Origin: Candidatus Kerfeldbacteria bacterium | GTDB lineage: Bacteria > Patescibacteriota > Patescibacteriia > UBA9570 > XYC2-FULL-38-9 | Assembly: GCA_016182555.1 (NCBI GenBank) | Contig: JACPGJ010000008.1 | Coordinates: 455,411 to 519,410 of the forward strand | Length of the DNA stretch: 64,000 bases | Reading direction: 5' to 3' | Shown: piece after piece, positions 38,035 to 48,446 of the stretch | Numbering within the stretch: the first letter of the stretch is position 1 | Layout of the letters: every line of letters starts with the position of its first letter | Notes under the pieces: model-generated | Told to the model about the DNA's origin: nothing | The model's database searches: none | The model's input: only the letters and a program-made list of their open reading frames with translations | Translations under genes and position numbers: made by a program

Positions 38035-38601
38035 CTATCGTTTCTTAGATTCTTTTGGTTCCTCTTTCTCGAATGGGAAACCGATAAGCGTGAGAAGCGC
38101 GCGACCGTGCTCATCATTCTGTGCCGAGGTCACCACATTAATTTCCATTCCCACAATCTTTTCAATTTCATCTGAAGCAATTTCTGGGAAGACAATGTGT
38201 TCATTGAAACCTAAGGAATAATTGCCTTTACCATCAAATCCCGTGCGTGGAATACCGCGGAAATCGCGCACGCGAGGCAAAGCCACATTAATCAACTTAT
38301 CCAGAAAGGCATACATACGTTCACCGCGCAGAGTAACTTTTGCACCAACCACCATCCCTTTACGAATTTTGAAATTCGAAATAGACTTCTTCGCCAAGGT
38401 CTTCACTGGCTGCTGGCCAGTAATACGCGACAACACACTCACCGCTGCTTCAACAAAATCTGAATCCTGAATGGACTTTCCTAAACCAGCATTCACCACT
38501 ATTTTTTGAATGCGTGGGACAGCGTGCACGTTGACAATACCCAATTGTTCTTTCAGTTTGGGTAGCACCTCTTTCTGATATTTTTCTTCAAGTCTATTCA
38601 T
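38035..38601 (-). CDS. rplE: 50S ribosomal protein L5
   Basis: Trimmed to MNRLEEKYQKEVLPKLKEQ. Confidence 0.9.
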   Translation of the reverse strand: MNRLEEKYQKEVLPKLKEQLGIVNVHAVPRIQKIVVNAGLGKSIQDSDFVEAAVSVLSRITGQQPVKTLAKKSISNFKIRKGMVVGAKVTLRGERMYAFLDKLINVALPRVRDFRGIPRTGFDGKGNYSLGFNEHIVFPEIASDEIEKIVGMEINVVTSAQNDEHGRALLTLIGFPFEKEEPKESKKR

Positions 38602-38602
38602 A

Positions 38603-38935
38603 TTAAAATGTTTCATTACATTTTTTACATTGGCGGTGTTTTTGCCGCGTCCCATCTTCTCCAACCGTCAACTGGTATGCAACACGGGTCGGCTTGCTAC
38701 ATTTTGGGCATACCAATGCCACTTTCGAAATGTGAATTGGAGCAAAAAAATCTAACCGTTGACCTTTTTCATCACGCCGTTGTGATTTCAGGTGACGAAT
38801 CGTTTTATTCACACCGTCTACCACAATCTTTTGTAAACTTGGAAACACTTGAGATACCGTACCGGTTTTTCCTGCATCTTTCCCGCGTAATATTTTGACT
38901 GTATCTCCAGTTTTGATTTTTAACTGTGTGTTCAT
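38603..38935 (-). CDS. rplX: 50S ribosomal protein L24 with C-terminal zinc ribbon
   Basis: KIKTGDTVKILRGKDAGKTG KOW motif; C-terminal CPKC...CKKC. Confidence 0.9.
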   Translation of the reverse strand: MNTQLKIKTGDTVKILRGKDAGKTGTVSQVFPSLQKIVVDGVNKTIRHLKSQRRDEKGQRLDFFAPIHISKVALVCPKCSKPTRVAYQLTVGEDGTRQKHRQCKKCNETF

Positions 38936-38940
38936 AAGCG

Positions 38941-39309
38941 TTATAATACTTCAGGAGCTAAAGAAGCAATTTTGGCAAAACCACGTTGTTTCACCTCTCG
39001 GGCGATCGGACCAAAAATACGTGTTCCTTTTGGTTCATTATTTTTTTCCACAATTACGCAGGCATTTTCGCTAAAACGAATGTAGGTTCCGTCTGGGCGG
39101 CGCATTTCTTTCGCTTGTCGAACAATCACCGCGCGCACGACATCTCCTTTTTTCACCATGCCATGCGGCTGCGCTTGTTTGACTGCACAAATAATCACAT
39201 CACCAACACGGGCATACCGTGGGCGGAAACCACCAAGAATACGGAAGCATTCCACTTGTTGGGCTCCGGTATTATCAGCAACTTGTAACCATGTTTCTAC
39301 TTGAATCAT
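38941..39309 (-). CDS. rplN: 50S ribosomal protein L14
   Basis: [16 protein letters not shown]. Confidence 0.95.
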   Translation of the reverse strand: MIQVETWLQVADNTGAQQVECFRILGGFRPRYARVGDVIICAVKQAQPHGMVKKGDVVRAVIVRQAKEMRRPDGTYIRFSENACVIVEKNNEPKGTRIFGPIAREVKQRGFAKIASLAPEVL

Positions 39310-39333
39310 ATCATTCGTCTTATTCGGTCTTCA

Positions 39334-39615
39334 TTATTCCTGTTCATTTTTATAGAGCACACGCCAGCGTTTCAATTTACTAATCGGCCGGCATTCCACA
39401 AATTCCACGACATCCTTAACTGTATACTGATTTTTTTCATCATGCACATGAAATCGACGGGTGCGTTTATACAACTTACCATACAATTTATGGCGTAAGG
39501 TGCGTTCGACCGCCACGACCAGTGTTTTATCCCCTTTATCAGAAACCACGATGCCCGAAAAACGACGGTGTTGTGCTTGTACGGCTGGTTGTTTGGTTGT
39601 ACTTGTTTCGGACAT
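39334..39615 (-). CDS. rpsQ: 30S ribosomal protein S17
   Basis: 93 aa; GIVVSDKGDKTLVVAVER. Confidence 0.9.
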   Translation of the reverse strand: MSETSTTKQPAVQAQHRRFSGIVVSDKGDKTLVVAVERTLRHKLYGKLYKRTRRFHVHDEKNQYTVKDVVEFVECRPISKLKRWRVLYKNEQE

Positions 39616-39621
39616 AGAGGT

Positions 39622-39852
39622 TTATGAATTAGTGGATGGTTGAATTGCTGATGACGCCTGTGTTGTTGCAGCTTGTTGTTGCAAAACGGTTTGGATACGA
39701 GCAATCGTTGTACGCACTACGCGAATGCGATGCACATCTTTGAGCTGCGCATTGACTGTTTTGAATCGCAATTCTTGCAATTCTTGACGCGCATCTTTCA
39801 AGAGTTGTTCCAATTCTTGACGAGTTTTATTTTTTAAATCATGCATGTTCAT
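39622..39852 (-). CDS. rpmC: 50S ribosomal protein L29
   Basis: 76 aa; LKNKTRQELEQLLKDARQELQELRF. Confidence 0.85.
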   Translation of the reverse strand: MNMHDLKNKTRQELEQLLKDARQELQELRFKTVNAQLKDVHRIRVVRTTIARIQTVLQQQAATTQASSAIQPSTNS

Positions 39853-39861
39853 ACGTGTAGA

Positions 39862-40275
39862 TTATTTCTGAATAAAACTCGTTTTCACGGATAACTTGTG
39901 TGAAGCCAAACGCATGGCTTCTCGTGCCTGAGCTTCTGCCACACCATCAATTTCAAACAAAACAGTTCCTGGTTTAACAATGGAAACATAGTGATCCACT
40001 GCTCCTTTTCCACTACCCATGCGAATTTCTCCACCTTTCAGTGTTACCGGACGTTGTGGGAAAATACGCACCCAAATTTTTCCACCACGCTGCACAAAGC
40101 GAGTCATGGCACGACGAGCCGCTTCAATTTGGCGAGCGGTAATCCATCCACCTTCTTGTGATTTCAACCCAAACTCACCAAATGCCAATACGGTTTTCCG
40201 TGTGGCCACTTGAGGGTTCTTTGGCACCGGCTGGTTGTGCCATTTTCGATGTTTAACTTTCTTTGGGATTAACAT
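39862..40275 (-). CDS. rplP: 50S ribosomal protein L16
   Basis: [13 protein letters not shown]. Confidence 0.95.
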   Translation of the reverse strand: MLIPKKVKHRKWHNQPVPKNPQVATRKTVLAFGEFGLKSQEGGWITARQIEAARRAMTRFVQRGGKIWVRIFPQRPVTLKGGEIRMGSGKGAVDHYVSIVKPGTVLFEIDGVAEAQAREAMRLASHKLSVKTSFIQK

Positions 40276-40290
40276 AGAATCATGGATAGA

Positions 40291-41100
40291 TTACTTGGTT
40301 TCTTTTTCAATCGGTGCGGGTTCAATCTTCTTCACCGCTTCTTTTTCCACATCAGCTTTTTTGCGTAAAATCAATTTCTGACCACCGGTCTGTAAATGAC
40401 TGCGTTTCTGGCGCAGAGGTGCTTTTGCTGGTTTCGGTTTCTGCTCTTGCATATCTTCTTCAGAAAACACATCACCTTTATAAACCCATACTTTGATACC
40501 AATCACTCCATAGACGGTTTGAGCTACTCCACGACTGTAATCGATATTTGCGCGCAATTTCTGCAGTGGCAGTCGACCCTTTGATACGGTTTCGCGACGA
40601 GCAATATCTGCGCCATTCAACCGACCGCTAATTTGAATTTTGCAACCCAACGCGCCTCCACGCATAACATTTTCTAAAGAACGTTTGATAGCGCGACGAA
40701 ATGGGATACGTTGTTCGATTTGATCACGAATACCTTGATAAATCAATTCCGCTGTTGTATCTGGATCAGAAATTTCTTGAATGTTGATATTGATCTTGAT
40801 TTTTTCGCTGCCGAAAAATTTCTTTTTCACTTCTTGTTTTAATTCTTCAATGAGCGAACCACCACGACCAATCACCACACCCGGTTTTGAAGTGTGCACA
40901 ATAATCTTGACTTCACCCAACGCTCGTTCGATATCAATACGTGCTACCCCACCATCACGAAATTTTTTCTGAATCAGTTTACGGATACCAATATCCACGC
41001 GCAAATTTTTCGCGAAAATTTCTCGTGAAGCAAACCAGCGCGACGGTAACTGGTACGTCGTGACTGTTCTGAATGATCGTGGGTTGACTTTTGATCCCAT
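40291..41100 (-). CDS. rpsC: 30S ribosomal protein S3 with Lys-rich C-terminal tail
   Basis: MGSKVNPRSFR...KH domain. Confidence 0.95.
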   Translation of the reverse strand: MGSKVNPRSFRTVTTYQLPSRWFASREIFAKNLRVDIGIRKLIQKKFRDGGVARIDIERALGEVKIIVHTSKPGVVIGRGGSLIEELKQEVKKKFFGSEKIKININIQEISDPDTTAELIYQGIRDQIEQRIPFRRAIKRSLENVMRGGALGCKIQISGRLNGADIARRETVSKGRLPLQKLRANIDYSRGVAQTVYGVIGIKVWVYKGDVFSEEDMQEQKPKPAKAPLRQKRSHLQTGGQKLILRKKADVEKEAVKKIEPAPIEKETK

Positions 41101-41125
41101 AATAGTTTACGGCAATGAGGTTAGG

Positions 41126-41581
41126 CTATTGTTTATCGTTCTTTTCTGTCTTCTTTTCGGGTTTTTTCTCCGCTTTCTTTTCAGGTTTTGGTGTTTCGGC
41201 TTTCACATCTGTTTTCACTTTTTTTGCTTTCGGAAGTCGCGTCACCTGTTCATCAAGTACAACCGTGAGTCGACTCGTGCGTTTACGAATCATACCAGCC
41301 CGGCCAAATGCGCGTGGACGAAACCGTTTAATCGTAAACCCTTGATCAGCAAAAATAGATTGAACGATTAAATTTTTTTTCTCTGCTTTATTATTGTGCA
41401 CCGCATTTGCTGCAGCAGAACGAACAAGTTTCAACACTGGCTCTGCTCCTTTTTTATTCATGAATAACAATGCTCGTTCTGCTTGTTCAACAGAAAGACC
41501 ACGAACTTGGTCCAAAACCAGGCGGACTTTGCGAGGAGAGATTCTGACTGATGTTGCGGTTGCGCGTACTTGCATATCCAT
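41126..41581 (-). CDS. rplV: 50S ribosomal protein L22 with Lys-rich C-terminal extension
   Basis: ATATSVRISPRKVRLVLDQVRG. Confidence 0.9.
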   Translation of the reverse strand: MDMQVRATATSVRISPRKVRLVLDQVRGLSVEQAERALLFMNKKGAEPVLKLVRSAAANAVHNNKAEKKNLIVQSIFADQGFTIKRFRPRAFGRAGMIRKRTSRLTVVLDEQVTRLPKAKKVKTDVKAETPKPEKKAEKKPEKKTEKNDKQ

Positions 41582-41584
41582 AGA

Positions 41585-41923
41585 TTATTTAGTCGTTGTT
41601 TGTTGCGCTTTCTGAACCTGCGCTTTTGCTGCCGCTTGTGCAGCAGCTGCTTCTTCTTTCGCCATCTTACCACCATGGCCACGGAATTTTCGTGTATGCG
41701 CAAATTCACCTAGCTTATGACCAACCATATTTTCAACCACAAACACATCCAAAAAATCTTTGCCATTGTGTACCTGAAACGTCATCCCAATCATCTCTGG
41801 AACAATAACCGAAGAGCGTGACCATGTTTTAATGGGCTTCTTGGAATTGGTTTGTTTCGCTACCATCACCTTTTTCATTAAGTGGTCAGCAACGAATGGT
41901 CCTTTTTTTAAACTTCTGCTCAT
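41585..41923 (-). CDS. rpsS: 30S ribosomal protein S19
   Basis: [15 protein letters not shown]...[11 protein letters not shown]. Confidence 0.95.
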   Translation of the reverse strand: MSRSLKKGPFVADHLMKKVMVAKQTNSKKPIKTWSRSSVIVPEMIGMTFQVHNGKDFLDVFVVENMVGHKLGEFAHTRKFRGHGGKMAKEEAAAAQAAAKAQVQKAQQTTTK

Positions 41924-41926
41924 AAA

Positions 41927-42769
41927 TTATTTCTTGCGTTTTTTACGGCTGCTCACAATATAGGCATCGGATTCTTTCTGCTTACGGCGCGTTTTGACAC
42001 CCAATGCTGGTTTACCTTGTGCAGTTTTTGGATGTTTCAAACCGATTGGCTGATTTCCCTCTCCACCACCATGCGGGTGATCCACAGGGTTCATGGCTTT
42101 ACCACGAACACGAGGGCGAATACCCCGATAGCGCATACGACCGGCTTTTCCCCAACGAATATTTCCCCAATCTGGATTCGACACTTGACCAACTGAAGCG
42201 CGACAACGTTCATCAAACTTTCGAATTTCTCCAGAAGACAATTTCAACTGTACAAAACCACCATCTTGAGACATCACCGTGGCGCTGCTACCAGCTGAAC
42301 GAACAATCGCCCCACCTTTTCCTGGAAACAATTCAATGTTGTGTACGGGTGTACCAATAGCGATATCCCCTAACGGTAAACGGTTACCTGGATTCAAATC
42401 TGCGTGTTTATCTGTGAATACAATACGATCCCCCGGTTTCATGCCATCAGCCGCTAAGATATAGGCTTGATCATCATTCGTATAGGCGATCAAGGCAATA
42501 CGAGCAGAACGATTTGGATCATACTCAATGGTGAGAACATTCACGTTATCATCTAGTCGCTTTTGTGCAAAATCGACCAAGCGATAGCGTCGTTTCACTC
42601 CACCACCTTTATGACGAACGGTAATTTTTCCTTGGTTGTTACGGCCAGCATGCTTCTTCAATCGGATGGTGAGTTTTTTCACCGGCGTGCTCTTGGAAAT
42701 ATCAGAAAAATCATCTCCGGAAGAGAGTCGGCGCCCTGCTGATGTTGGTTTATGCTTTCTTACTGCCAT
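41927..42769 (-). CDS. rplB: 50S ribosomal protein L2
   Basis: 280 aa; GRNNQGKITVRHKGGG...HPHGGGEG. Confidence 0.95.
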   Translation of the reverse strand: MAVRKHKPTSAGRRLSSGDDFSDISKSTPVKKLTIRLKKHAGRNNQGKITVRHKGGGVKRRYRLVDFAQKRLDDNVNVLTIEYDPNRSARIALIAYTNDDQAYILAADGMKPGDRIVFTDKHADLNPGNRLPLGDIAIGTPVHNIELFPGKGGAIVRSAGSSATVMSQDGGFVQLKLSSGEIRKFDERCRASVGQVSNPDWGNIRWGKAGRMRYRGIRPRVRGKAMNPVDHPHGGGEGNQPIGLKHPKTAQGKPALGVKTRRKQKESDAYIVSSRKKRKK

Positions 42770-42780
42770 ATAATCATTGT

Positions 42781-43221
42781 CTATGTTCCTGAGTACACAT
42801 TAATAGTTTCTCCTGCCTTCAAACGGACAACCGCTTTCTTCCAGTCTTTCCGCTTTCCTTCACGGTTATTCCAGCGAACCGCTTTACCGGCTACATTCAT
42901 TATACGCACACTCACTGGGGTCACTCCATAAATCTGTTGAATCGCTTTCTTCACCTCTTGTTTATTCGCGTTGATGTGTGTTTGAAAAATATACACACCA
43001 TGCAACGTTGCTTTTTCTGTAATAAGCGGTTTCAACATCACCTGTTCTGGACGAGCAACTAATTGTTTACCAGATTTCGCCACCTTCGCTTTTGGTGCTT
43101 TTTCCTTCACTACGTTCTTCTCTCCAGATTTCTTTGCTGGTTTTGCAGCAGCATCAGAAGAAACGACGTTGTCTGTACCCGTTTTGGAATCTTTTTTTCG
43201 TAATTTATCGAGAATACTCAT
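42781..43221 (-). CDS. rplW: 50S ribosomal protein L23 with N-terminal Lys-rich extension
   Basis: 146 aa; L23 core ...LKPLITEKAT... Confidence 0.85.
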   Translation of the reverse strand: MSILDKLRKKDSKTGTDNVVSSDAAAKPAKKSGEKNVVKEKAPKAKVAKSGKQLVARPEQVMLKPLITEKATLHGVYIFQTHINANKQEVKKAIQQIYGVTPVSVRIMNVAGKAVRWNNREGKRKDWKKAVVRLKAGETINVYSGT

Positions 43222-43227
43222 AGGGGT

Positions 43228-43860
43228 TTATTTTGAATACTGTGCAAGAATAGATTCCACACCAGCGGTATCAATCACTAATGTATGGTATTTCAACAAG
43301 TCAATCACATTCAAGGAATCTGCTAACATGGTGCTTGCCTGTGGCATATTTTTTGCGCAGCGAGTCAACAGATCATTCTTTTTCGCTGAAGCAATAAGGA
43401 ATGAGCGACCTTTCACTGGTAATTTTTTCAATGTGATAGATAAATCTTTTGTTTTTCCGGTGAGTTGATCCAGAGAATCCACAACCACAATACGGCTATC
43501 CGCTAATTTATCAGATAACACCATCGATAATGCTTTTCGGCGTGTTTTCTTGTTTACTTTTAGGGTCATATTCCTTTCGCTCGTTGGACCAAATACAATA
43601 CCACCTTTTCTCCACTGTGGAGCACGAATAGAACCTTGGCGAGCACTCCCCGTGCCTTTTTGCTTCCATGGTTTTCTACCACCACCACGCACTTCAGAGC
43701 GTGTTTTTGTGTCTGCATATGGAATATGAGCATTCGCTCGTTGCGCACGAACAACAAATTGAACCAACTTTGGATCGGCTTTCACAGCAAATACCTTATC
43801 ATCAAGCGTGATTTCCTTTGTTGATTCTCCTTTCAAATTGTATACCTTGATTGTGGCCAT
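43228..43860 (-). CDS. rplD: 50S ribosomal protein L4
   Basis: 210 aa; RGGGRKPWKQKGTGSARQGSIRAPQWRKGG. Confidence 0.95.
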   Translation of the reverse strand: MATIKVYNLKGESTKEITLDDKVFAVKADPKLVQFVVRAQRANAHIPYADTKTRSEVRGGGRKPWKQKGTGSARQGSIRAPQWRKGGIVFGPTSERNMTLKVNKKTRRKALSMVLSDKLADSRIVVVDSLDQLTGKTKDLSITLKKLPVKGRSFLIASAKKNDLLTRCAKNMPQASTMLADSLNVIDLLKYHTLVIDTAGVESILAQYSK

Positions 43861-43866
43861 AATCCG

Positions 43867-44493
43867 TTATTTTTTCTTTCTGCTATTACGAGCGGTTTTG
43901 ATAAACAACACCATACCTCGGCTACCAGGAACAGCACCGCGGACTTTGATTTGATTCTTTTTTGCATCCACCGAAACAATTTTCAAATTCTTGGTAGTTA
44001 CCTGTGCTGCACCCATTTGGCCAGACATGCGCATACCTTTAAACACATGTTGCGGTTCACCAGCACCAATGGAACCAGACATACGCAATTGATCTTTGTG
44101 ACCATGTGTTTTGAGCGAACCACTGAAACCATGACGCTTCACCACACCAGCATATCCACGACCGATCGATGTCCCAGTTACATCTACCATATCTCCTGCT
44201 TCAAACGATTCTGCGGTAATGACCTGTCCACGTTCGTACGCATCGGTTGTTTTAAATTCTTTCAGCACGGCAAATGTCCCCAAGTCTTTCAAATGGCCTT
44301 TCACGGGTTTGCTCACATTCTTTGCTTTGCGTGTACCAAAACCAACCTGAACAGCTTGATAACCATCTTTCTCTGTTTTTTTCACTTGGGTCACGGTAAT
44401 TGGACCAGCTTCAAGAATAGTGACTGGTGTGACAGTGCCATCTTCACTAAATTCCTGGCTCATCTCAATTTTTTTCGCAATAATGAATTTCAT
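43867..44493 (-). CDS. rplC: 50S ribosomal protein L3
   Basis: 208 aa; FEAGDMVDVTGTSIGRGYAGVVKRHGF. Confidence 0.95.
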   Translation of the reverse strand: MKFIIAKKIEMSQEFSEDGTVTPVTILEAGPITVTQVKKTEKDGYQAVQVGFGTRKAKNVSKPVKGHLKDLGTFAVLKEFKTTDAYERGQVITAESFEAGDMVDVTGTSIGRGYAGVVKRHGFSGSLKTHGHKDQLRMSGSIGAGEPQHVFKGMRMSGQMGAAQVTTKNLKIVSVDAKKNQIKVRGAVPGSRGMVLFIKTARNSRKKK

Positions 44494-44643
44494 GGATCTA
44501 TAGTAAAAGCGGCATAGAAGCCGCGTTTAACGCAATTATTCAATTCGTTTCTCTCATACAACGACTGATATCCGAGGCGATATTTCGCGCCGGGATCACT
44601 TCCGTTCGATTGAGATAAACAACGTACTGTATCCTGACAAATA

Positions 44644-45024
44644 TTATAACATCTTCATTTCGATGTCAACCCCTGCTGGCAAACTCAAGTTTGAGAGCGC
44701 ATCAATCGTCTTTGGATTGGCACTGACAATGTCGATCAATCGCTTGTGCACCCGCATTTCAAACTGGTCACGGGCGTCTTTACGAATGAACGTGGATTTC
44801 AAAACCGTATACTTTTTCTTTTCTGTTGGAAGAGGGACTGGACCAACCACGCTCGCACCGGTGCGGACCACCGTTTCGATAATAATTTTGGTTGTTTTAT
44901 CGATAATTTTATTATCGTAGGCACGAATTTTCACACGAATACGCGCAGAAACTGGTGCCTGCTCTTCGGTGTTGTTGATCTGTTCTGTGGTCTTTGTTGC
45001 TGACATGTTGGTATAAAAGAGCAT
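44644..45024 (-). CDS. rpsJ: 30S ribosomal protein S10
   Basis: IRVKIRAYDNKIIDKTT; start may be the internal Met at 45006. Confidence 0.9.
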   Translation of the reverse strand: MLFYTNMSATKTTEQINNTEEQAPVSARIRVKIRAYDNKIIDKTTKIIIETVVRTGASVVGPVPLPTEKKKYTVLKSTFIRKDARDQFEMRVHKRLIDIVSANPKTIDALSNLSLPAGVDIEMKML

Positions 45025-45038
45025 TCGTCTCGTACATC

Positions 45039-45081
45039 TCTCGGGGCCCAGGCCCTCCTAGCCGTATCCAGAGCCCCGAGA
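45039..45081 (-). promoter_or_regulatory. GC-rich hairpin in the tuf-rpsJ intergenic leader
   Basis: tctcggggc ... gccccgaga 9-bp stem with 25-nt loop; no T-run; positioned like an S10-operon leader structure. Confidence 0.35.
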
Positions 45082-45095
45082 ATATGACGACGATA

Positions 45096-46286
45096 TTATG
45101 CAATAATCTTAGTTATCACTCCTGCGCCAACGGTTCGGCCACCCTCACGGATAGCAAAGCGTTGTTTTTCTTCCATAGCGACCGTCTTTCCAAGTTTGAC
45201 AGTAAAGGTAATCGTATCGCCAGGCATGACCATTTCGGTGCCTTCTTTCAATATCACCTCACCAGTCACATCAGTTGTACGCATATAGAATTGTGGCTTG
45301 TATCCTTTCGTGAATGGCGTAGCGCGTCCACCTTCTTCTTTAGAAAGAATATAGACTTCAGCTTCAAATTCCGTGTGTGGGGTAATGCTACCTGGTTTTG
45401 CGAGCACTTGACCACGTTCTACTTCATCTTTCTTTGTACCACGAAGCAATAACCCAGCATTGTCACCAGCCAAACCTTCATCTAACTGCTTGTTAAACAT
45501 TTCAATACCAGTCACAACAGTCTTTTTGGTGTCCATCAAACCAACAATCTCTAATTCTTCGTTAATTTTTACCTTACCGCGTTCAATACGACCAGTCACC
45601 ACCGTTCCACGACCTTCAATAGAGAAGATGTCTTCAATAGGCATCAAGAATGGCTTGTCGGTATCCCGTTCTGGTTGAGGGATATATTCATCCAACGTTT
45701 TCAACAATTCCACAATCGGCTTCGCTGCTTCTGCATCTGTTGGGTTTTCCAACGCTTTCAAGGCTGAACCACGAATAATAGGTGTTTCATCGCCAGGGAA
45801 TTCGTATTTATTGAGCAAGTCGCGAATTTCCACTTCAACCAACATCAACAATTCTTCATCTTCGACTTGGTCACATTTGTTCAAGAATACCACAATCGAA
45901 GGCACACCAACCTGACGAGCCAACAAAATATGTTCGCGTGTTTGAGGCATTGGGCCGTCTGTTGCAGAAACAACCAAAATCGCGCCGTCCATTTGAGCCG
46001 CACCAGTGATCATGTTCTTCACGTAGTCAGCATGTCCTGGACAGTCAACGTGTGCGTAGTGACGGTTATCCGTTTCGTATTCAACGTGGGAGGTATTAAT
46101 GGTAATACCACGCTCGCGTTCTTCTGGAGCGTTATCAATATCTGCAAATCCTTTGTTTTGAGCGGATTTTCCTTGAGCGTTACAGACCGCCAAAATAGCG
46201 GCTGTAGTTGTGGTTTTTCCATGGTCGACGTGACCAATGGTACCAACGTTGACGTGCGGTTTGGCGCGATTAAACTTGTCTGCCAT
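45096..46286 (-). CDS. tuf: elongation factor Tu
   Basis: 396 aa; [21 protein letters not shown]. Confidence 0.97.
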   Translation of the reverse strand: MADKFNRAKPHVNVGTIGHVDHGKTTTTAAILAVCNAQGKSAQNKGFADIDNAPEERERGITINTSHVEYETDNRHYAHVDCPGHADYVKNMITGAAQMDGAILVVSATDGPMPQTREHILLARQVGVPSIVVFLNKCDQVEDEELLMLVEVEIRDLLNKYEFPGDETPIIRGSALKALENPTDAEAAKPIVELLKTLDEYIPQPERDTDKPFLMPIEDIFSIEGRGTVVTGRIERGKVKINEELEIVGLMDTKKTVVTGIEMFNKQLDEGLAGDNAGLLLRGTKKDEVERGQVLAKPGSITPHTEFEAEVYILSKEEGGRATPFTKGYKPQFYMRTTDVTGEVILKEGTEMVMPGDTITFTVKLGKTVAMEEKQRFAIREGGRTVGAGVITKIIA

Positions 46287-46496
46287 ACATTAGCAATTTG
46301 TTAATAAAGTAAAATAAGTCAATCAAACTCTTCGCACAAAGAATGTACGAAGGTAGAAATAACGATAATAGTTTTACGAGAAGCTGTCAAGTGTTTGGCA
46401 GGCTTCGATGCAAAACAGAATGATTATAACGACAAAGCAATAAAATGACAAGAATTACTGGTGTTTATGGTTTGTGGATAAGTAGACCAAATTTCA

Positions 46497-46961
46497 TTAT
46501 CTTTTCTCTCTCAAGCGACCAGAAAGAAATGGAGATGGAAGATAATCTTCTATGGTAGCAACTATCACTCGAGATTTATCAGTATTTGAATAGAGTGTGA
46601 GCATTGGCTCTACGCTCGCCATTTGGCTAAATTCAAATATAATTTGCCGGCACCGACCGCACGGACCACTTGGTGCATCGACAGACATACCGTCGTTGCG
46701 GACAATAGTTGCAATCGCGGTGAATTCACGCTCCCCTGCCATATTGGCCGCGAGGAAGGCCGCAACTTCAGCGCACGCAGTCATGCCGGTTGTCGAGAGC
46801 GTGACGTTTGCACCCGTATAGATTTTCCCACTTTTTCCGCGGATGGCGGCACCAACAACAAAATTCGACCGAGGATTCCAGCCTCGCTCCATCGCTTTTT
46901 CTGCAGCGTTGAGTAATTCTTGTTGTTCCGGTTCAAGTGCTTCCAATCGTTTTTCGGTCAT
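46497..46961 (-). CDS. cdd: cytidine deaminase (homotetrameric type)
   Basis: Trimmed to MTEKRLEAL; zinc ligands CAE and PCGRCRQ; noticeably higher GC than neighbours. Confidence 0.75.
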   Translation of the reverse strand: MTEKRLEALEPEQQELLNAAEKAMERGWNPRSNFVVGAAIRGKSGKIYTGANVTLSTTGMTACAEVAAFLAANMAGEREFTAIATIVRNDGMSVDAPSGPCGRCRQIIFEFSQMASVEPMLTLYSNTDKSRVIVATIEDYLPSPFLSGRLREKR

Positions 46962-47007
46962 TGTGGTGTATTTAATACTATAGTGAAAAAAGTATATCAG
47001 AAATAGA

Positions 47008-48270
47008 TTATAACTCCCAGGCACGAATATGCTCTATGCCATTCCGGTTCCCCAGTGAAATATCATCCAAGCTGATCACTATTTTTTTATACTGATCTCG
47101 AATGGCTTCCAAATTTCCAAATTCTCTTTCTATGGTTTCCGTAGAATCCAATATATACGCTACTTGCACATAGATGCGCTCCTTTCCTTTTTCCAGAACA
47201 AAGTCTACCTCTTTATTACGCAACTCCCCCACCCGCACCGTATAGCCCTGCGCTTTGTAATGAAGAAAAATCGCATTCTCCAGAATATGCCCAATGTTGC
47301 TATCTGCTTGCTGCAAACCTTGCGAACGCAATGCCAAATCATTCAAATAATATTTTTTTGTGTTGGTGAACACGGCCTTTCCGCGAATATCAAAACGGTC
47401 GACGGCGTGAATAAGATACGTTTGCTCCAGATAGGTGAGATATTTCCCCAACGTTTCATTATTGGTGGGGGTGTGGTTACTATTCAAATAACGAACAATC
47501 TTTTCTGTAGAAAACAGACTGCCGATGTTGCCCGCAATAAATTGAAAAAGCTGTTCGAGCAACACCGCATTTTTTACTGCATATTTTTGCACCACATCTT
47601 GAAACAAAATAGTATTTACTAATGCGTGAATATAATGCGTTTGAATCTCTGTGTCTTTTTGCAAATGATATAATTCCGGCAAACCACCCAATTCCAAATA
47701 GCGCACAAACTGTTCTTTGGTTTTTGGTACATCAAAAAATTGCGTAAATTCATCAAACGAAAACGATTGCACTTCAAACGGCACATACCGGCCACTTAAA
47801 TAGGTAGAGAGTTCTGAAGAGAGCATGGTGGAATTTGAACCGCTGATATACACCTCATACGCATCACGGTAATCTTGCGAAAAAGAATTGATTGCCCTCT
47901 CCCACTGATCAATTTCTTGCACCTCATCTATAAAGAGAAAAACTTTACCTTTCACCTGTTCTGTTTTTTTGTAGAGCTCAACGAGTTTTGCTAAATCGGT
48001 GTGCGTTTTCACCATTTCAAAATCGACGATCTCTTTATTGAGATAGAAAATATTTTTCGGGTTCACGCCTTGCGCAATCAATTCTTTCATTATTTGACGC
48101 AGCAAATAGCTCTTTCCCACGCGCCGCTGCCCCATAATGACTTTTATTAAACCATTATTGATGAAGGGTTTTATGCGTTCAAGATAGGTTGTTCTGGTTA
48201 AACCCGTTGGTATTTCTTGATTTTTCTCCCAAAAATTGGATTTTTTGAGATATTCTAATATTTCGTTCAT
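47008..48270 (-). CDS. AAA+ ATPase of the DUF4143/COG1373 family (second copy)
   Basis: 420 aa; Walker A GQRRVGKSYL, Walker B LFIDEVQEI, sensor ISGSNSTML; C-terminal DUF4143-like region. Confidence 0.8.
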   Translation of the reverse strand: MNEILEYLKKSNFWEKNQEIPTGLTRTTYLERIKPFINNGLIKVIMGQRRVGKSYLLRQIMKELIAQGVNPKNIFYLNKEIVDFEMVKTHTDLAKLVELYKKTEQVKGKVFLFIDEVQEIDQWERAINSFSQDYRDAYEVYISGSNSTMLSSELSTYLSGRYVPFEVQSFSFDEFTQFFDVPKTKEQFVRYLELGGLPELYHLQKDTEIQTHYIHALVNTILFQDVVQKYAVKNAVLLEQLFQFIAGNIGSLFSTEKIVRYLNSNHTPTNNETLGKYLTYLEQTYLIHAVDRFDIRGKAVFTNTKKYYLNDLALRSQGLQQADSNIGHILENAIFLHYKAQGYTVRVGELRNKEVDFVLEKGKERIYVQVAYILDSTETIEREFGNLEAIRDQYKKIVISLDDISLGNRNGIEHIRAWEL

Positions 48271-48346
48271 ATTTGAATTTTATGTTATTTTTACATATAT
48301 TTCAAGTATACTTGAATTTTATGCATCTGTCAATGAATACATAACT

Positions 48347-48375
48347 TTGACACAAGAAATATTGGGGGTATGATA
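48347..48375 (+). promoter_or_regulatory. sigma-70-type promoter TTGACA-N16-TATGAT
   Basis: TTGACAcaagaaatattgggggTATGAT about 70 nt upstream of the RelA/SpoT-like gene. Confidence 0.4.
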
Positions 48376-48446
48376 AAATTATGAAATACTGATGTAGTAT
48401 ACAGAAGTCGAATAATTTATTTTTTTATTCTTAGAAATAAGCCAAA

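Noticed and set aside
43951-44517. Long plus-strand ORFs antisense to ribosomal protein, tuf and fusA genes (e.g. 43951..44517, 50946..51665, 45867..46304)
   Set aside because: They overlap highly conserved genes on the opposite strand and have no start-site signals or recognisable motifs. These are shadow ORFs.
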